Of a DNA stretch of 64,000 bases, positions 1 through 13,280 are shown in pieces (the first letter of the stretch is position 1; each line of letters begins with the position of its first letter). Both the position numbers and the translations under genes were made by a program. The notes under the pieces were generated by a model. That model worked only from the letters and a program-made list of their open reading frames with translations. It was not told the DNA's origin and made no database searches. The DNA comes from Amoebophrya sp. A120 (Eukaryota > Protista > Dinoflagellata), in assembly GCA_905178155.1 (NCBI GenBank), contig CAJINV010000033.1, positions 85,891 through 149,890 of the forward strand. Direction: 5' to 3'.

Positions 1-365
1 GATCTTTTCAACCATTTTGCAAAACGACTCTACTCCACTGCTTTCATCGTCTCTGCTGCTACAGTGGGAGCTTTATATATATATTTCTGATATAATTATA
101 ATCTTAATCTCCGAAAGAGGAAGACAAGAGCAGGGCACGTGGCGTTGTGCACAGAATAATTTGATGTTCTACAACAGCAAGTGCATAAAGTTAATAAAGT
201 TGTAAGAACTAAAAGTAGGCGACCAACATACAACAACGCTAGTAGAACCTGCGACAGAGTAGAAGTTGTCACTTTTTGATACAAAACTACAGTTGCTTTT
301 TCTTGTACTATTCTACTTTTCCGTGCTGTATGAATCAAAAACACGACATTAGAAACTTTTAGATC

Positions 366-3300
366 ATGGGGGGTTTTTCGCGGCGCAACCGGAAGCAGAG
401 CCAGCAGGCTGGCGGCGAAGTGAGCATGACTTTGTCCCTGCTGCAAGACCGGATAAAACGGGACTCTCTCGCGTACAAACAGGAGTTTCAAGCGCAAGTA
501 CAGCACTTCGAGTCCGTTCTCGAGCTTTTGCTCCTCAACCCGCAGAAGCCCTCGAAACAGTTCGATGAGCAGGTGATGTTTCTCGCGCACGTATGCCCCT
601 ATTATGAATACAAGGACTTCCCGCAGAAAATCATCAAACTGCTGAAGGAAAAATCCAACTTACTCCACGCCCAAACGCGGAAGGTGCTGGTGCAGGCATT
701 GATTCTGCTGAGGAACCGGAACCAGTACGAGTTGATCGACGCCCTGCCGCTCCACTTTCAGCTGCTGGCTTTGGACGACAAAAACGTCCGGTCCATGGTG
801 CACACCCACATCGTCCGCGATGTGCTGCGCATGAACGAGAAGAGTCAAAACATGATCGAGAACAAGAAATTGCAAGGGTTTTTCTTCGCCCAGTTGGATC
901 ATGGGAATAATAAAACGCAAAATGGGATGAAGAATGTATCCAATACAGGAAATAATAATAACCTCCAAAGTAGCAACAGTTCGACGGTGTCGGTGGGGGA
1001 CGCAAATTATACCGCAAGTTCAAGTGGCAGCCCTAACACGATCGTGGCAGCGCGGAAGGCGCTGATCATCCTGATCTCGTTGTACAAGAAAAATATTTGG
1101 ACCACCGCCTCGGTCGTCAACGCCATCGCGCAGGCGGTTCTCCACAACGACATGCACGTGGCCAAGGCGGCCGCGAATTTTCTGTTGGGGAACACGCATT
1201 TGGTTGCGGAGGAGGATGGGGAGGACTCGGAGGATGAAAACAAGAAGGAAATCGGCAATGTCAGCAAGAAAGTATTGGATTCGACGTGAAATTCACTTTG
1301 AATATGATTTTTGTTTTCATCTGTCGATCTTTGTATATTTAGATTTGACTCATCTAGTTCTTATTTCTGCTTCGCGTGATCGGCACACCACATTATATGC
1401 CTATACGAAACTTCCGCTTCCCCAGGTCCTTGGTATCAAGCGGTTTGCGAAATCGGGTCAGAAAAAGAAAAAGATGGAAAAAGCGAAGAAAAAAGCTCTG
1501 AAGTCCATGAGCGGGAGCAAAAAAGCGAAATCCGGTCTCGAGAACAAGCAAAATTTCGCGGCGATTGACCTGCTCCACGACCCGCAGAAGCTGGCGGAGC
1601 AGTTGCTCGTCCGGATCATGCGCGGGAACGAAAACTACGCGTTTCGGTTGTTGTTGCTGCAGCTGACGAGTAGGTTGATGGGGCGGCACAAGCTGATCAT
1701 CCCGAATTTCTACCCCTACTTGCAAAAGTATCTGTCTCCGACGCAGCGCGAGGTCACGACCGTTTTGGCGTGCCTAGCGCAATCCTGCCACACGGAACTG
1801 GCTTGTGAGGTGGTCCGGCCCGCGGTGGCGCACGTGTTTTCGACCTTCGTGAATGAGACCAACGCACCGGAGGTATACAGAATTTCACCGTATGTAACAT
1901 GTGCTAGCTATAGTAGTATTTGTACTTTTCAGATGGCGTAGCATGTGGTCCTCGGGTGCTCTAAATCCTAAACCCTACTTAAGTGGCTACTTAGTCTTCG
2001 ATGCGTATGAAACGATGAGGGAATATGTACTGCCTCCAATAAAAAGCATTATGCGGTCCTAACGGATGAATCATATCAAAATTTTTTTTGATCTACCAAT
2101 TTATTTGCGCTTTACTCATCATTCTCTTCCTGCAAAACCAAAATGAAAATTTCCCAACCCAACAAAAATCTCTAGGTGATCACGGTGGGTATCAACAGTC
2201 TGCGCGAGATCGCGTGCCGCGTCCCCCACGCGCTCACCGAGGAGGAGGTACACGACCTGTGCGGGTTCCGAAAGTACAAGCACAAGGGTATTCCAAGTAA
2301 AAACGTCCCTACCCCATAGTTGTCATGCAGATTTGCAGTTACAGAAAGATTTGCAGTGCGCATCCCCATGAGAGGCATTTCCAGTTGCGTTTTGGACTCT
2401 GTAATGCTATAAACAGGATGCGTAGATGGATTTGTGTTGCGGCTGTACTTGCCAAACTGCACTACAGTACAGAGACGAACTTGTCATGCGTGACTCCCAA
2501 GACTTCTCGACTTGTGTTGCGAGACCGCCATCTTGACTCTGGGGTGGGGACGTTTTTACACAGAATAAAGGGCGTCCGCGTGGGCGTGAAGTCGCTGGTG
2601 AACATGTATCGTGAACTGAACCCCGCGTTCCTGCAGAAGCAATTCCGCGGCAAGGAAGCGGCGGAAGCCTTGGCAAGGGGGGAACTGAAAAACAATGGCG
2701 AGGTCACCGCGGAAACGTTGTTTGGCCAGGGGATGGAGTTGCTCGCTGCGCGGAAACTGCGGAAGGAGGAGAAGAAGAGAGAGAAGGAGGAAAACACCGG
2801 AGCTGATTCAGGATCGGAGGAAAATGACTCTGATGCCGCAGAAGTAGATTCTGATGCTGAACAGAGCATAGAAGACTGGCTCGACGAAGAGGAAGAGGAT
2901 TCTCAATCAGGGACCGAGGGCGATGACGAGAATGATAGTACGGAAAACATCAAGCCTACGACGAAGAACAGCCCTCCTGGAGGTAAAAATAATAGCACAG
3001 TAGACGTCAAAAAGACGGTCAAGAAAGCTGGTGCATCGAAGGCGTCTACTTCGGATGTTGACGATGCTTGCAAGTCCAACTCAAAGAAGCAAGAAAGAAG
3101 GTCAAAAAGTAGCTCGAAAAAAGAGAGTGAAAAGGATGCAGAATTGTCAAATTCAGAGGAGGAATCGGGCTTCGAAGATTTAGAGGAGGAGGACTTCAGC
3201 GATCTGGAAGAGGAAATCTCAGACTTCGACGAAGTTCCTTCCGGCTCCGAAGCAGAAGACGAAGATCTTGCACAAGATGGTGCAAATAGCGACAGCGCGA

Positions 3301-4061
3301 ACGACACGAAAAATGATGATAGTACTACTTCCCGAAAGCGACCGACCAAGGAGCTGTCGAACGCGACGCGAAAGAAGCGAAAGCTAGCCGAAAAGCGGGA
3401 GGAGAAGAGACAAATGGACGAGAAAAAACAGAAAATCGAAGCCGCGGCCAAGAACATCATGATGGACCAAATTTTGGGTCCGGAGGACTTCAAAAAGATG
3501 CGAAAACTCCAGGCGCAGAAGGCGATGCAGATGCAGACCGGGCGGGGGCGGAAGAAAAACGCAGATCCCTATGAATTTTCCACCGATACTAGTTCGGATA
3601 GTGACAACGAAAAGGATAACTCGGATAAAGAGAACGACTCCGACGACGAGGATGGTTCGGACAACGACATAGAGTCCTCTTCCGACGAAAATCTTGACCC
3701 TGCGGAGAAAGCCAAGAGGGAGAAGCAGAAGCAGTCGAAGAAAGTGTACAACGATTTGGATTTTTTGGATCCTTCCAAGCTCACCGGCTTCACACGGAAA
3801 AAGCACGACAAGCACACACGCCTGCAATCCGTGAAGAAGGGGCGCGAGGGGCGGGAGAAGTTCGGGCAGAAGAAACAAACCCGGACCGGGGGCAGCACGA
3901 ACAAGGAAAAGAGAAGGAACAAGCCAATGTTGATGCAAATCCAGTCGCGACAGGTTCGAACCAAAAAGAACGGGCAGAAGGCCACCGCGAAGTTGGCCAA
4001 CCTGCGAAAGCACATTGGCAATCTGAAAAAGGGAGGCAAACACCAGAAGCGGAGACGATAA
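366..4061 (+). CDS. SDA1: SDA1 homolog (60S ribosome biogenesis factor); exons approx. 366-1271, 1426-1872, 2176-2288, 2573-4061
   Basis: N-terminal LQDRIKRD..YKQEF, FLAHVCPYY, FYPYLQKYL, VITVGINSLREI, KGVRVGVKSLVNMYRELNP, acidic linker and C-terminal GGSTNKEKRRNKP match SDA1. GT-AG introns at 1272-1425 and 1873-2175, plus one introner, join the ORFs in frame. Confidence 0.93.
2289..2567. mobile_element. Introner, family B (TIR TATTC..GTAAAAACGTCCC.ACCCC), direct repeat AAGGG
   Basis: AAGGG at 2284-2288 and 2568-2572; about 30-bp imperfect TIR; removal gives KYKHKGVRV in SDA1. Confidence 0.9.
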
Positions 4062-4789
4062 TGCACCTAGTAGTATATTTTGGACAAAGACGTGAAAAAA
4101 TGGCTAGGAAGATGAATTATTTTTGCTCTTTGCTGGGCCTGGGAATAAAAATAATTCATCATGCGGCCAGTAATTATATCATGTTTGTCGAAAGATTGAA
4201 CGTGCGACCACTAGAACCACGCTCGATTTGGTACATGAAAGGCGTCCTCCTGAAGCGGATTTACAACAGTGAAACTGGAAGATGCGGCGCTCTCATAGTG
4301 TACAGTAAGATGAAGACACATTTATTTTTTTACTAATCGAGACTCTGACTCGCCGCGGTCTCCGTCTACCTTCACCTTCTTCCTGCATCCTAGGAAATAA
4401 GTAAGCCCATGCGCCGTCCTTAGTTGATGTGGACCGCATTGCTCTTGTGTTCTGCAGAATCTCATTGATGTTGCAGGCTCCGTGTGTGTTTTGCTTTGCG
4501 TCGTGCGGAGGAAGGAATTTCGGTCTGTTTTAAAAATTTGGTTCTATTTTTTTCTTTTGATCATGAATTTGTCGGATGCGGTGATCCCGGTCTTCCTTGG
4601 TATGCTAGTGATCTTCTATCTAGAAGTGCCAGTCCTCTGCAGAGGACTGTTCCGGAGCTACAAATTAATACCTGATATTCACTCATCCAAAAGTGCGGGT
4701 ATGACTTAGTCACCTTGTTCCAGCAACGTACGTAGTTTAGAAAAGCATCTTACTCAACCATCATTCCAAGAAGAAATTCACAAGCAAAA

Positions 4790-5264
4790 ATGGAGCAAGT
4801 GGCGCGAAAAATTTTCAAAAAGTACCAGGCGGAAACACCTGACCGCATCAAGTTGCTCGATCTCTACGCATTCTCCTTGGCGCTCGTGGGTATACTTTTA
4901 CTTGTTTTATTGCAACAGGTTTATGGTTAACGTGCTTTCTAATTCTATTATTTGATTCCTTTGCTTCGTCACCCCGACGCATGACAGACGCTGGTTGTTT
5001 CTCGAAGATCATGTGCTACAAACATGCATCAAATCCACATCAGGCGCTGTTCTTTTCGTCTACGTGGTGATAGTAGGCACGTTTCCCTTCAACAGCTTTC
5101 TGTCAGGCTTTATCGCCGCGATGGGCACGAGCGTGATCACAGTGTGTCTTCGGGTCCAGCTCATGGACCCCGATACGTTTAAGCTCAGCGTGGAAAGAAT
5201 GATTGCCGACTACCTGCTTGCAAATCTGTGTTTACACATTGCCTGTATTTGCTTTTTGGGATGA
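4790..5264 (+). CDS. DAD1: DAD1/OST2 oligosaccharyltransferase subunit; GT-AG intron 4890-5043
   Basis: MEQVARKIFKKYQAETPDRIKLLDLY...VGTFPFNSFLSGF...VCLRVQ...ADYLLANLCLH..C..FLG is the DAD family signature. Confidence 0.93.
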
Positions 5265-5875
5265 CATAGAAGAAGGTCGTCCGCAAAAGGAGGCTCAAAT
5301 GGATATTAGCGAAGACTTGCCTGAGAATACAGGAACAGACAGAGAATGAGTGACAGCCAATCGATTCATCTGAACAAGAAGAAACCCCGTTTAGTCTTCG
5401 CGCTGCCACCTCTCGTCCTTACCAGCGCGCGATGTTGAGTAGAAGCGAAGCGGCGACTTTGTTCTTCTGACCACAAGAACCCTCGCAGCAGCGGTTGCGG
5501 GATAAGATTCTGACATTTCTTCTTGAAATACAACAGGAAAAGCAACAAAAATACTTATCAAAACTGAAGAAGAAGATCCGCAAGAAGGATGGATCCCTAT
5601 GGTTTTTGTTGAAGCTGCTGCTTGATCATGTTTTTCTTTCTCTTCAAACTCGCTGTTGGTTCCTGCGAATGTTTTTCATTGTCCTCTTGTCGGGAAAACT
5701 GTGAAAAAGACAGGATCTGATGTTCTTACCACCTTGCTATGCCAAGGAAGGCTTTAGATACTATGATAACTACATGAAAGATTGACGCGTAAAAATCACC
5801 TGTGCATAGTTCTTTTGAAGAAGGTGAGGTTTATATTTTAGTTTTTTTGAGAAAGACGAGAAATGGATACAAATA

Positions 5876-8800
5876 ATGGTGGTATCTGAGTCGTTTGCAA
5901 ATTCTGGTGCGCCAAAACCAGCAATGACTTCTCCGGAAGGAAGTCCTGCTTTGCCAGACGTTCTTGGCCCGGGTGGTCAGGAAAATTTCCACCACAGAAG
6001 CGCGCAGGTGACGAAGTGTGAAGAAGAAGGAGAAGATGTTGGTGCTGACAACAAGGATCACAGCACAGATGATCCTTTTGCACCACAACCAGCTGCAGGC
6101 AGCACCAACCCCATCAGCCCGAGCAGCAACACAAACAAGGTAGAGGACGAGGCAGTACGGGATTTGAAAAAATGCATTCTCCGCAACACCAAGCAGACCA
6201 GCCTGAAGCGCTCGGAATCCGAGCCCGACTTGAGGCGCAGTAAAATGCGGTCGGGCCGAATTGCGCAACCCGGCGGCTTCCGGAGACACTTTGTCTTGAC
6301 GCACGAACAAGGAGCAGCGAGTGGATCCTCTCTTGAGGCTGCTGGAGAGAACAAGCATCAAGGTTTGCTCCACGTTTCGTCTTCGGGCCGGACTCTCGAT
6401 AGCAGCGATGGTAGTTCTACGATCCGGGAAAAAGCCAGCAGCCTCGCACCGCAGCTCTACCGGAATCGTGGGCAGTCGTGCTTGGCGGGCGGTAGTAGTA
6501 CTACAGGTGGAGCAGCTGCAGCAGCAGCTTCTCCGGCTCCGCGCACACCTCCTATGGGCGCAGGCGCAAATCATGCGACTGGGGTCTTGACGAGGGTGAT
6601 TCAGGGAGGACTCTTCACTGAAGACACCAGTCCGGTTCTTGGCGAGGATAGTAAAGAACACCACGACCTCCAGGCGGGCGCCGTTGAAACAACTTCTTTT
6701 GATGCAACGGCGCGAGGACAAGGCGTCCAAAATCCTGAAGATGGCGAAATTGATGGTCACGCTGTAGTAGTTGGCGAGAAGATTAAGGCCGCTCCACGGT
6801 TGAGCAAGACGTGGAGCTTTCCGGTTTCGTTTCAAGAAATGCAGGAGGCAAACAGCTCGTGCAGCGCCACTGTGAAAGACAAGCCCGATAGCAGCTGTGC
6901 AACGCAGGAGCAAGATGACAGAAAACAACCAAGCAGCGCGAAGATGAAAGACACTGGAGTAGATCATGGGCAGCTAATTCTTTCTGCCGACGCAGCTCCT
7001 GTGGTCGCTGCGGGTGCTGGCGCACCTCCGACGAGTTGTGCCGTTGCTAGTACTGGTGCTACAACCGCTACGGCTCCTCAAAGTTGTATCAAACAAGACG
7101 GCAACAAGCTGACGAAGCAGAACCAAAGCGCTCCGGGAGTGTTGGAGTGTGCTGCTGCGTCCAGAAACAAGAACGCGCTTGTTACCGAGCCGGCTGTTTC
7201 CGCCGTTTCGGGACACGCCGACGTCCCGGACCTTCATCAAGGAGGCACAACTTCTATAGGTTTAGAAGGTGCTGACAATAATATAGTACCTTCCTACCCC
7301 TGTACTAGCACCCGCTCCACGAGGACGTCGTCGACCTCTGCCGCAGCTACGATCGTCAGCAGCGTCGCTACAGTGCTTCCCGTCGCTGCGGCTGCAAACT
7401 CTGCGAAAGTGGTGCGCAGCGCTGCTGGCCACGCTAGTACAACAACTTCTGCAACTGCGAAAGCAGCTGGATCGAGTAGAGCTACAACGGGCAATAAAGT
7501 TGCTTCGTCTAGTACAACTACAACTATTTACGGTACCTGTGCAGCTTCTGCATCCTCGAAAAATCAACAACCTTCAAAAAACAAAAAGAAGCAGCCAAAC
7601 CTTTCCTACGCACGCATCCCGCTCTTGTCCCAGTTGTTGGATCCTCGGTTCGCGTTTCCCGGTTTTTCCGCGGACGAAGAGGACGAAAGCGACACCGAAA
7701 ACAGCAACGCAGCGTTGAAAGCCGTGCAGCAGCGGTTGACATGGACCCCGATTTTGGAACTCTCGGACGATGACGAAGAACTGTTGTATGGCAGTTCAGA
7801 ACAACTCGGAGATAGTTCTTGTGAAGACCATACGCGAAATAGAAATTACAGCCGTAGCATCTACGGCTCAACATCGTCAACACCGGACAAGCTGCGTGAT
7901 TTCGAGAACAATGCGAATGAGCTATTGGTGGACAGGCGTCTCCTCGGCAAGAGGAACAAAGCCACCACTCCACCCCTGCTACCGAACAAGGGCCCAGCCG
8001 ACCGTGGCATCAACCGGGCTGGAAGTAGGAAAAAAGAGCACAACAGGCTGGATGATAGCAGAACCGCGTCTGGCTCAAGAGCAAAAAAGCTGAAGCATGA
8101 CCGCAGTCGACGTGCCAAGGCCGCGAATCAAATAGGATCATTTGGAGGTGGGGGTCTCGGTGGCGAAGATACCACACCGGAAGAAATTTCCTCGACGCTG
8201 CGGCATGAACTACATCACGAAGAAGTCCACGACTCGGCTTCGTCAGATGACGATGAAACGCAGGCCCTGCTTGCGCGCACTCTGACGGCGACTAGCGGAC
8301 CCAATGGCACTACTACAAGTACTACACACGTCCGGAAACTGGTAACAGCGACGAAAAAAAGGGAAAGCACGTCGAGCTTGAAGAAAGGGACGCAGAATGA
8401 AAAGTTTGCAATCACTCCTGGAACTACTACATTAGCGACACAAAGTGCCATGCCAGAAAAGAAGGTGAGTCGCGCGGCCACGATGACGACGGTTTTCATT
8501 TTGACGAAAAGCATGATTGGAACGGGAATCTTTACCTTGGCGAGACCGCTGGGAAAGGCGAGTGTTGTGAACGGCTCGCTGGTTTTCACATTTATCTCCT
8601 GCCTCTGCGCCTACTGCTGCTTGTTGCTCATCCGAGCACGAAACGCGCACCACGACCGATTGAGGAGTGCGGGGCAGACGGAAATTTCGAAGGTGATAAA
8701 GATGTAAGTATATGCGTGGCGCCGCTTATCATGACAATAGGGGACGTAGATGGAGATTTTTGTAGTACAACGCAGGTGAACGACTGGAAGTTGATGCAGA

Positions 8801-11800
8801 AGAGTAAGTACCGATTGACAATAGTGCGTGATTGTATTTGTATTGCCAGCCATTTTATGCTTATGTATGAAATCTGTATAAAAATTATATCAACTACACA
8901 GGACCAGCTCACGTTCGAATCTCTCGCCGCCCACGCGTTAGGGGGAAAGTGGGGCAAGATTGTTTTCTCCTTTTTTCTCCTCGCGGCGGAGTTCGCCATG
9001 GTGATCTCCTCGTGTATCGCCATCGCCTCTGCGTTGTCCGGCGCTTTCCGCAATATCGTGCCCGAGAAGGTTTTGGGGGACAGTGTGTCCCGGGAAACGG
9101 CGCTCTTACTCGTCGTGACGCTATTGCTGATTCCGCAGTGCTGGGTGCGGAAAATCAAATACTTCGTCTACAACAGTTTCGTCGGTGCGTTGACGACGCT
9201 GTGGTGCTTGTTCTACGTGTTGGGGTCCAACACCTTCCAACTGATTTTCGAAGAAGCGGCGACAACACCTCCAGGTCTGAACTCGGTGGTATCAAAGCCG
9301 GAAACTTTGGTGGGACAACTGCCAGGAGGCGTTCTCCTGTCAGAGACCGCCTTGATGGCAGGAGCATCTTCTCTGTTAGAAGATTATACACAGGAGCATG
9401 GAGCTACTGGAAGTACTTCTAGAGAACAACAAACATCAGTGCTACAACAAGCTGCTTCGCCAGTTGTCTTTTCGGCGAACCGAGCGGCTCGTATGCGCGG
9501 CGGTGCGGAAGCAGAAGGTCTTAATGAGGACGAAGGTGTTCCAGTAGTTCTTGGGGACGAGGAGGAACCAGCAAGGCCAGGCACGAGCTCATCACCTGCG
9601 GGCGAGTTTGTTCCGGGAGGAACCCTTGCAACAAGTAGAACCGCACCTCCTTCGGAAGGTCGTGACCAGGAACAAGGGCAGCGGAATTCTGCGGAAGAAC
9701 GGATGTCCCCAGGTGGTGGTGGTGGTGGTTCACCATCTCCTGTTGTTGTTGACCAAGATGTAGTTGCACAGCCGTTTGATACCATGCCAACTTCTCCTCC
9801 TCCCTCTCCTCCCTCTCCGCCCCTGCACCACCACACGCGACACCCATCAAATCGTGAAGGTAAGAATGATGACTTGAACGCAGCCAGCACGACCCCTCTA
9901 TTTGATCGTATCGGTCTTCCCGACCAAATGACCAACGCGTTCGCTCAAGCGGATGAAGATCCACCAACGTCGAGTAGTACTAAAGGCCCAACAAGACAAC
10001 AACTTCTCCCGAAAAGACCGCGGTTGGACAGCCCGTTAACCGAGGACTTTCTTTCTAAGCACGACCAGGCTATTGGGGCCCGCCCGATGGGAACAAGTTT
10101 TTTTCAAAACGCCCCGGATGAAGTTGTAGATCCGCGCTGGAGCCAGGACCCGCTGAAGGGCGGCAAGAACAAGAAAAACTACGCCAACGATCAGGAAACG
10201 GGGCGAAGCCAACTCACCGAGTCAACCCGACCACCCGACAGCGCTATTCACAGCGGCATCCGCAGTCCGGTGAGTTCGAGCTCGGACGTTTCGCGGATGG
10301 GGGGAGCGGACGGGGGGTCAGCCGAGCAGGAGAATTTGCTGGACTTACTGCTGGAGCGAACTACGACGAATAATGATGTTGGTCGTGAGACAGCCACCGG
10401 TTCTGCTGGCCGTCTTGCGGAACCCGACGCCTCCTCCTCGTCCGGCTTGATGCTGTACCGAACTTGCACGACCGAGGGGGAGGATGGTGCGCGAATCGTT
10501 TCTTTGGTGCCAAAATCGCCCAGTGCAGCGGAGGATGAGGACAGCGAGAAGAGTCCCGAGGTTCTTGTTCCACCTGTGGCTTGTTCAAACACGGATCATC
10601 CGGGTGTTGAGGGCTGCGGTGGTGCAGCACTTCAACAAACTGGCGCAACATTGAACCCCGGATCGCTTGCTCCGGCAGAAGACCTTGATGAACGAACTCG
10701 TGCCCCCCACCTCCGGAGGGCAATATCTTCGCCACTTTCATCTGGTCAACAAAACTGTCCCCCACCCAAGTCGAAACCCCCGTCGCTGAAAAATCGACGA
10801 CGTCCCTCGCCCCTCGTCACCCGCAACAATGCAGCAGCTGCTGCACCTCCTTTCCGCCGCGAGTTGACCCCGCCGGACGAAGCGGATGAAGTGGAGACGA
10901 GCCAGTTGTTGGAGAAAAATCCACTGGGACAGCAAGCGCTTGGAACAACTATTCCGGGAGCTGCTACTGCTCCTTCGGCCGGCGTTTATCTTGCAGGTCA
11001 AGATGCAGTAATTTCGTCGTCCAACAGTAGCTCATCATCTTCACAATCGGCTGCTCCAGACGGTAAGAGTCCGGGAGCTGTTGGTGTTGTACTTCTAGAG
11101 AACAAGACCAGCGGGGGCACAGGGGGTGCAGGGGATGGCAGAACAGGTGGTGGTCCAGGGGATCATGGCAGCGGGGGTGTGGTGCATCAACTAAGCGAAA
11201 ATACAAGTAGCGGAAAAAACACCCCAGCTGCACCATCACCGCTGTTGCAAAACGGTTCGAAAACTAGTTTAAAGCCGTCAAATGAAATTTCCGGTGCGAC
11301 ATCAACCCCACAACTTCGAAGCGCGCAAACCGCAGGCCCCAGCACAGGGAACAAGAGCAATTCCAGCGTCGGGATCATATCGGAACGCAAATTTTTGCAA
11401 CCAGGCGGAAGTGCTGGCGTGTTTCTTGCGGCCGATAATTCCGATAAAAATTCGGGCAGAAGTGGAGGTGCAGACAAAAATGAGATCATTTTCGGAGTAC
11501 TACCACCAGAACTCGCCTCAGGAATATTAAAACAGGGAGGCACAACAGCAAATACCCGTGTTCGAGGAGGAGGCCAACCTCATCCACGACAACCCGGCAA
11601 CATGATAGTACCTGCTCCTCTCTCGTCGTCCTCCTCGTCGTCCACCCCACTTGACATGAACGATCCGTACGACGTCGATATTCAAAACGGATCAACAGCG
11701 CCGACCCCAAGAACTTCTACTGCGACTTCCATCAATTGGTATGTGCCCGAGGATTTTATGTCACTCGTCTCCCTGGCTGGAATGACCCTGTACTCCGCGG

Positions 11801-13280
11801 AGTATATCCCAGAGAAAAAAGCTGGCAGGGCACATTTGTAATGCAAAAATAAATACACAGAAAAAATTGTCATGGGTGGCCCCGTAGCATGCTGCTTCGG
11901 ATACGCAATACAGATTTTTTTGTGTATTTATTTTTGCATTACCTGCCCGCTTTTTTCTGTGGGATAGAGTACGTGAACACCATCCTCCCCATCTACGAGG
12001 CGCATGAGAAAAAGGACAACTTCCCCCTCATTTTCATCCTCTGCGCGGTTTGTGTGGCGGGGCTCGCCTGGGCGATCAGCTTCACGTCGTATTTGACGAA
12101 CCCGTTATCCGAGTCCACCTACTGCTTCGCGGATCTGCCGGAGGGTCCGCTCCGCACCGCGGTGCAATTGTGCGTCACTGCCGGTTGCTTTCTGTCCATT
12201 CCGGTGCTGTTCTTCGTGATCCCGCACTTCTACGAGAAACAACTCTTCCACCAGTTGCTCAGCATGACCGGGAAGTCCGAGGAGGAAGTCAGTCGGCGAA
12301 AATGGTGCAAAAACGGGGTGTATCAAATGTAAAAATGTCTGGGTCTGGAAGATTGCAACTTGTCATGCTAAATCTGCAGCATGCAAAAATCTGTGTTGCA
12401 TGATTACCAAAAGTCGCCAAATTTTGACCAAGTGGGGAGGTAGTTTCTCATGCAGAATAGGCATTAGAAAGGTCGCGCAGAATCTGTCATGCTAGGTCCG
12501 GCATTCCAGACCTCATGGGTCATGGAAAAGCAGCATCACAAATCGCGCATTCTTCCAGACCCAGACATTTTTGCAATTCATAGGGTGCGCACGCTGATCC
12601 TGTGCTCCATCGTCCTCGTCGCGATCCTGCTTGGCGAGCAGAACGTCCGTATCAAATGCAAAAGTGTCTGAGCAGTCTGGAAGATTGCGAGATTTGTCAT
12701 GCTTGTCTGGCATGACCAAAAAGTTTGTGATGCGTGTCCAAGAAGAGACCCTTTTGCCTGTCATGCAAAAACGCAGTTTGTCATGCTCATGCGACAAACT
12801 GCGTTTTTGCATGACAGGGCATTCACTATTCCCAACGCAGCATTACAAGTTTCCAGACCCAGACATTTTTACAGTTGATAGTCCGCGTTTTGACGTCCTT
12901 CGTCGGTGGCTTTGCCTGCGCGCCCTTGGCGTTCATATTTCCGGTATTTATAAATGAAAGGACAAAAAATGCTGGAGTGGTGCCAAGAGTAGCTGCAAAA
13001 AGGCAGAAATAAACAACTGTATAAGCAAAAATACGGACACCAAGCATCGATCGAAAATGGGGTGAAAAATGGGGTGAAAAATGATTGGGTGTTTCCTCAA
13101 AGAAAGTGAAAGATTTGAATTTGAACAATACTCATATAATTCCAGGTAATCATCTTCAACCAGCTGGGGGAGCCTACGCCCGTGCTCAAAGTGCTCAACT
13201 ACGGCATTGGGGTTTTTGGAATTCTGGCCTGTATCAGCTGCACCTACTTGGCGTTTACCGACCCAGGGGGCGGACATTGA
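5876..13280 (+). CDS. Amino acid transporter (Aa_trans/AAAP family, vacuolar Avt3/Avt4-like) with very large low-complexity insertions
   Basis: PGGFRRHF motif, FILTKSMIGTGIFTL, LLLIPQCWVRKIK, YSAE-YVNTILPI, SFVGGFACAPLAFIFP. GT-AG introns 8693-8901 and 12944-13145, three introners, stop at 13278-13280. Confidence 0.85.
11805..11966. mobile_element. Introner, family C (TIR TATCCCAGAGAAAAAAGC), direct repeat GAGTA
   Basis: GAGTA at 11800-11804 and 11967-11971; long palindromic body; near-identical to 21431-21601. Confidence 0.92.
12321..12582. mobile_element. Introner, family A (TIR TATCAAATGTAAAAATGTCTGGGTCTGGAAG), 262 bp, direct repeat GGGTG
   Basis: GGGTG on both sides; TIR; body closely similar to 39731, 55661 and 55979. 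Confidence 0.93.
12650..12880. mobile_element. Introner, family A, direct repeat GTCCG
   Basis: GTCCG at 12645-12649 and 12881-12885; removal gives EQNVRVLTSFVGG. Confidence 0.92.
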
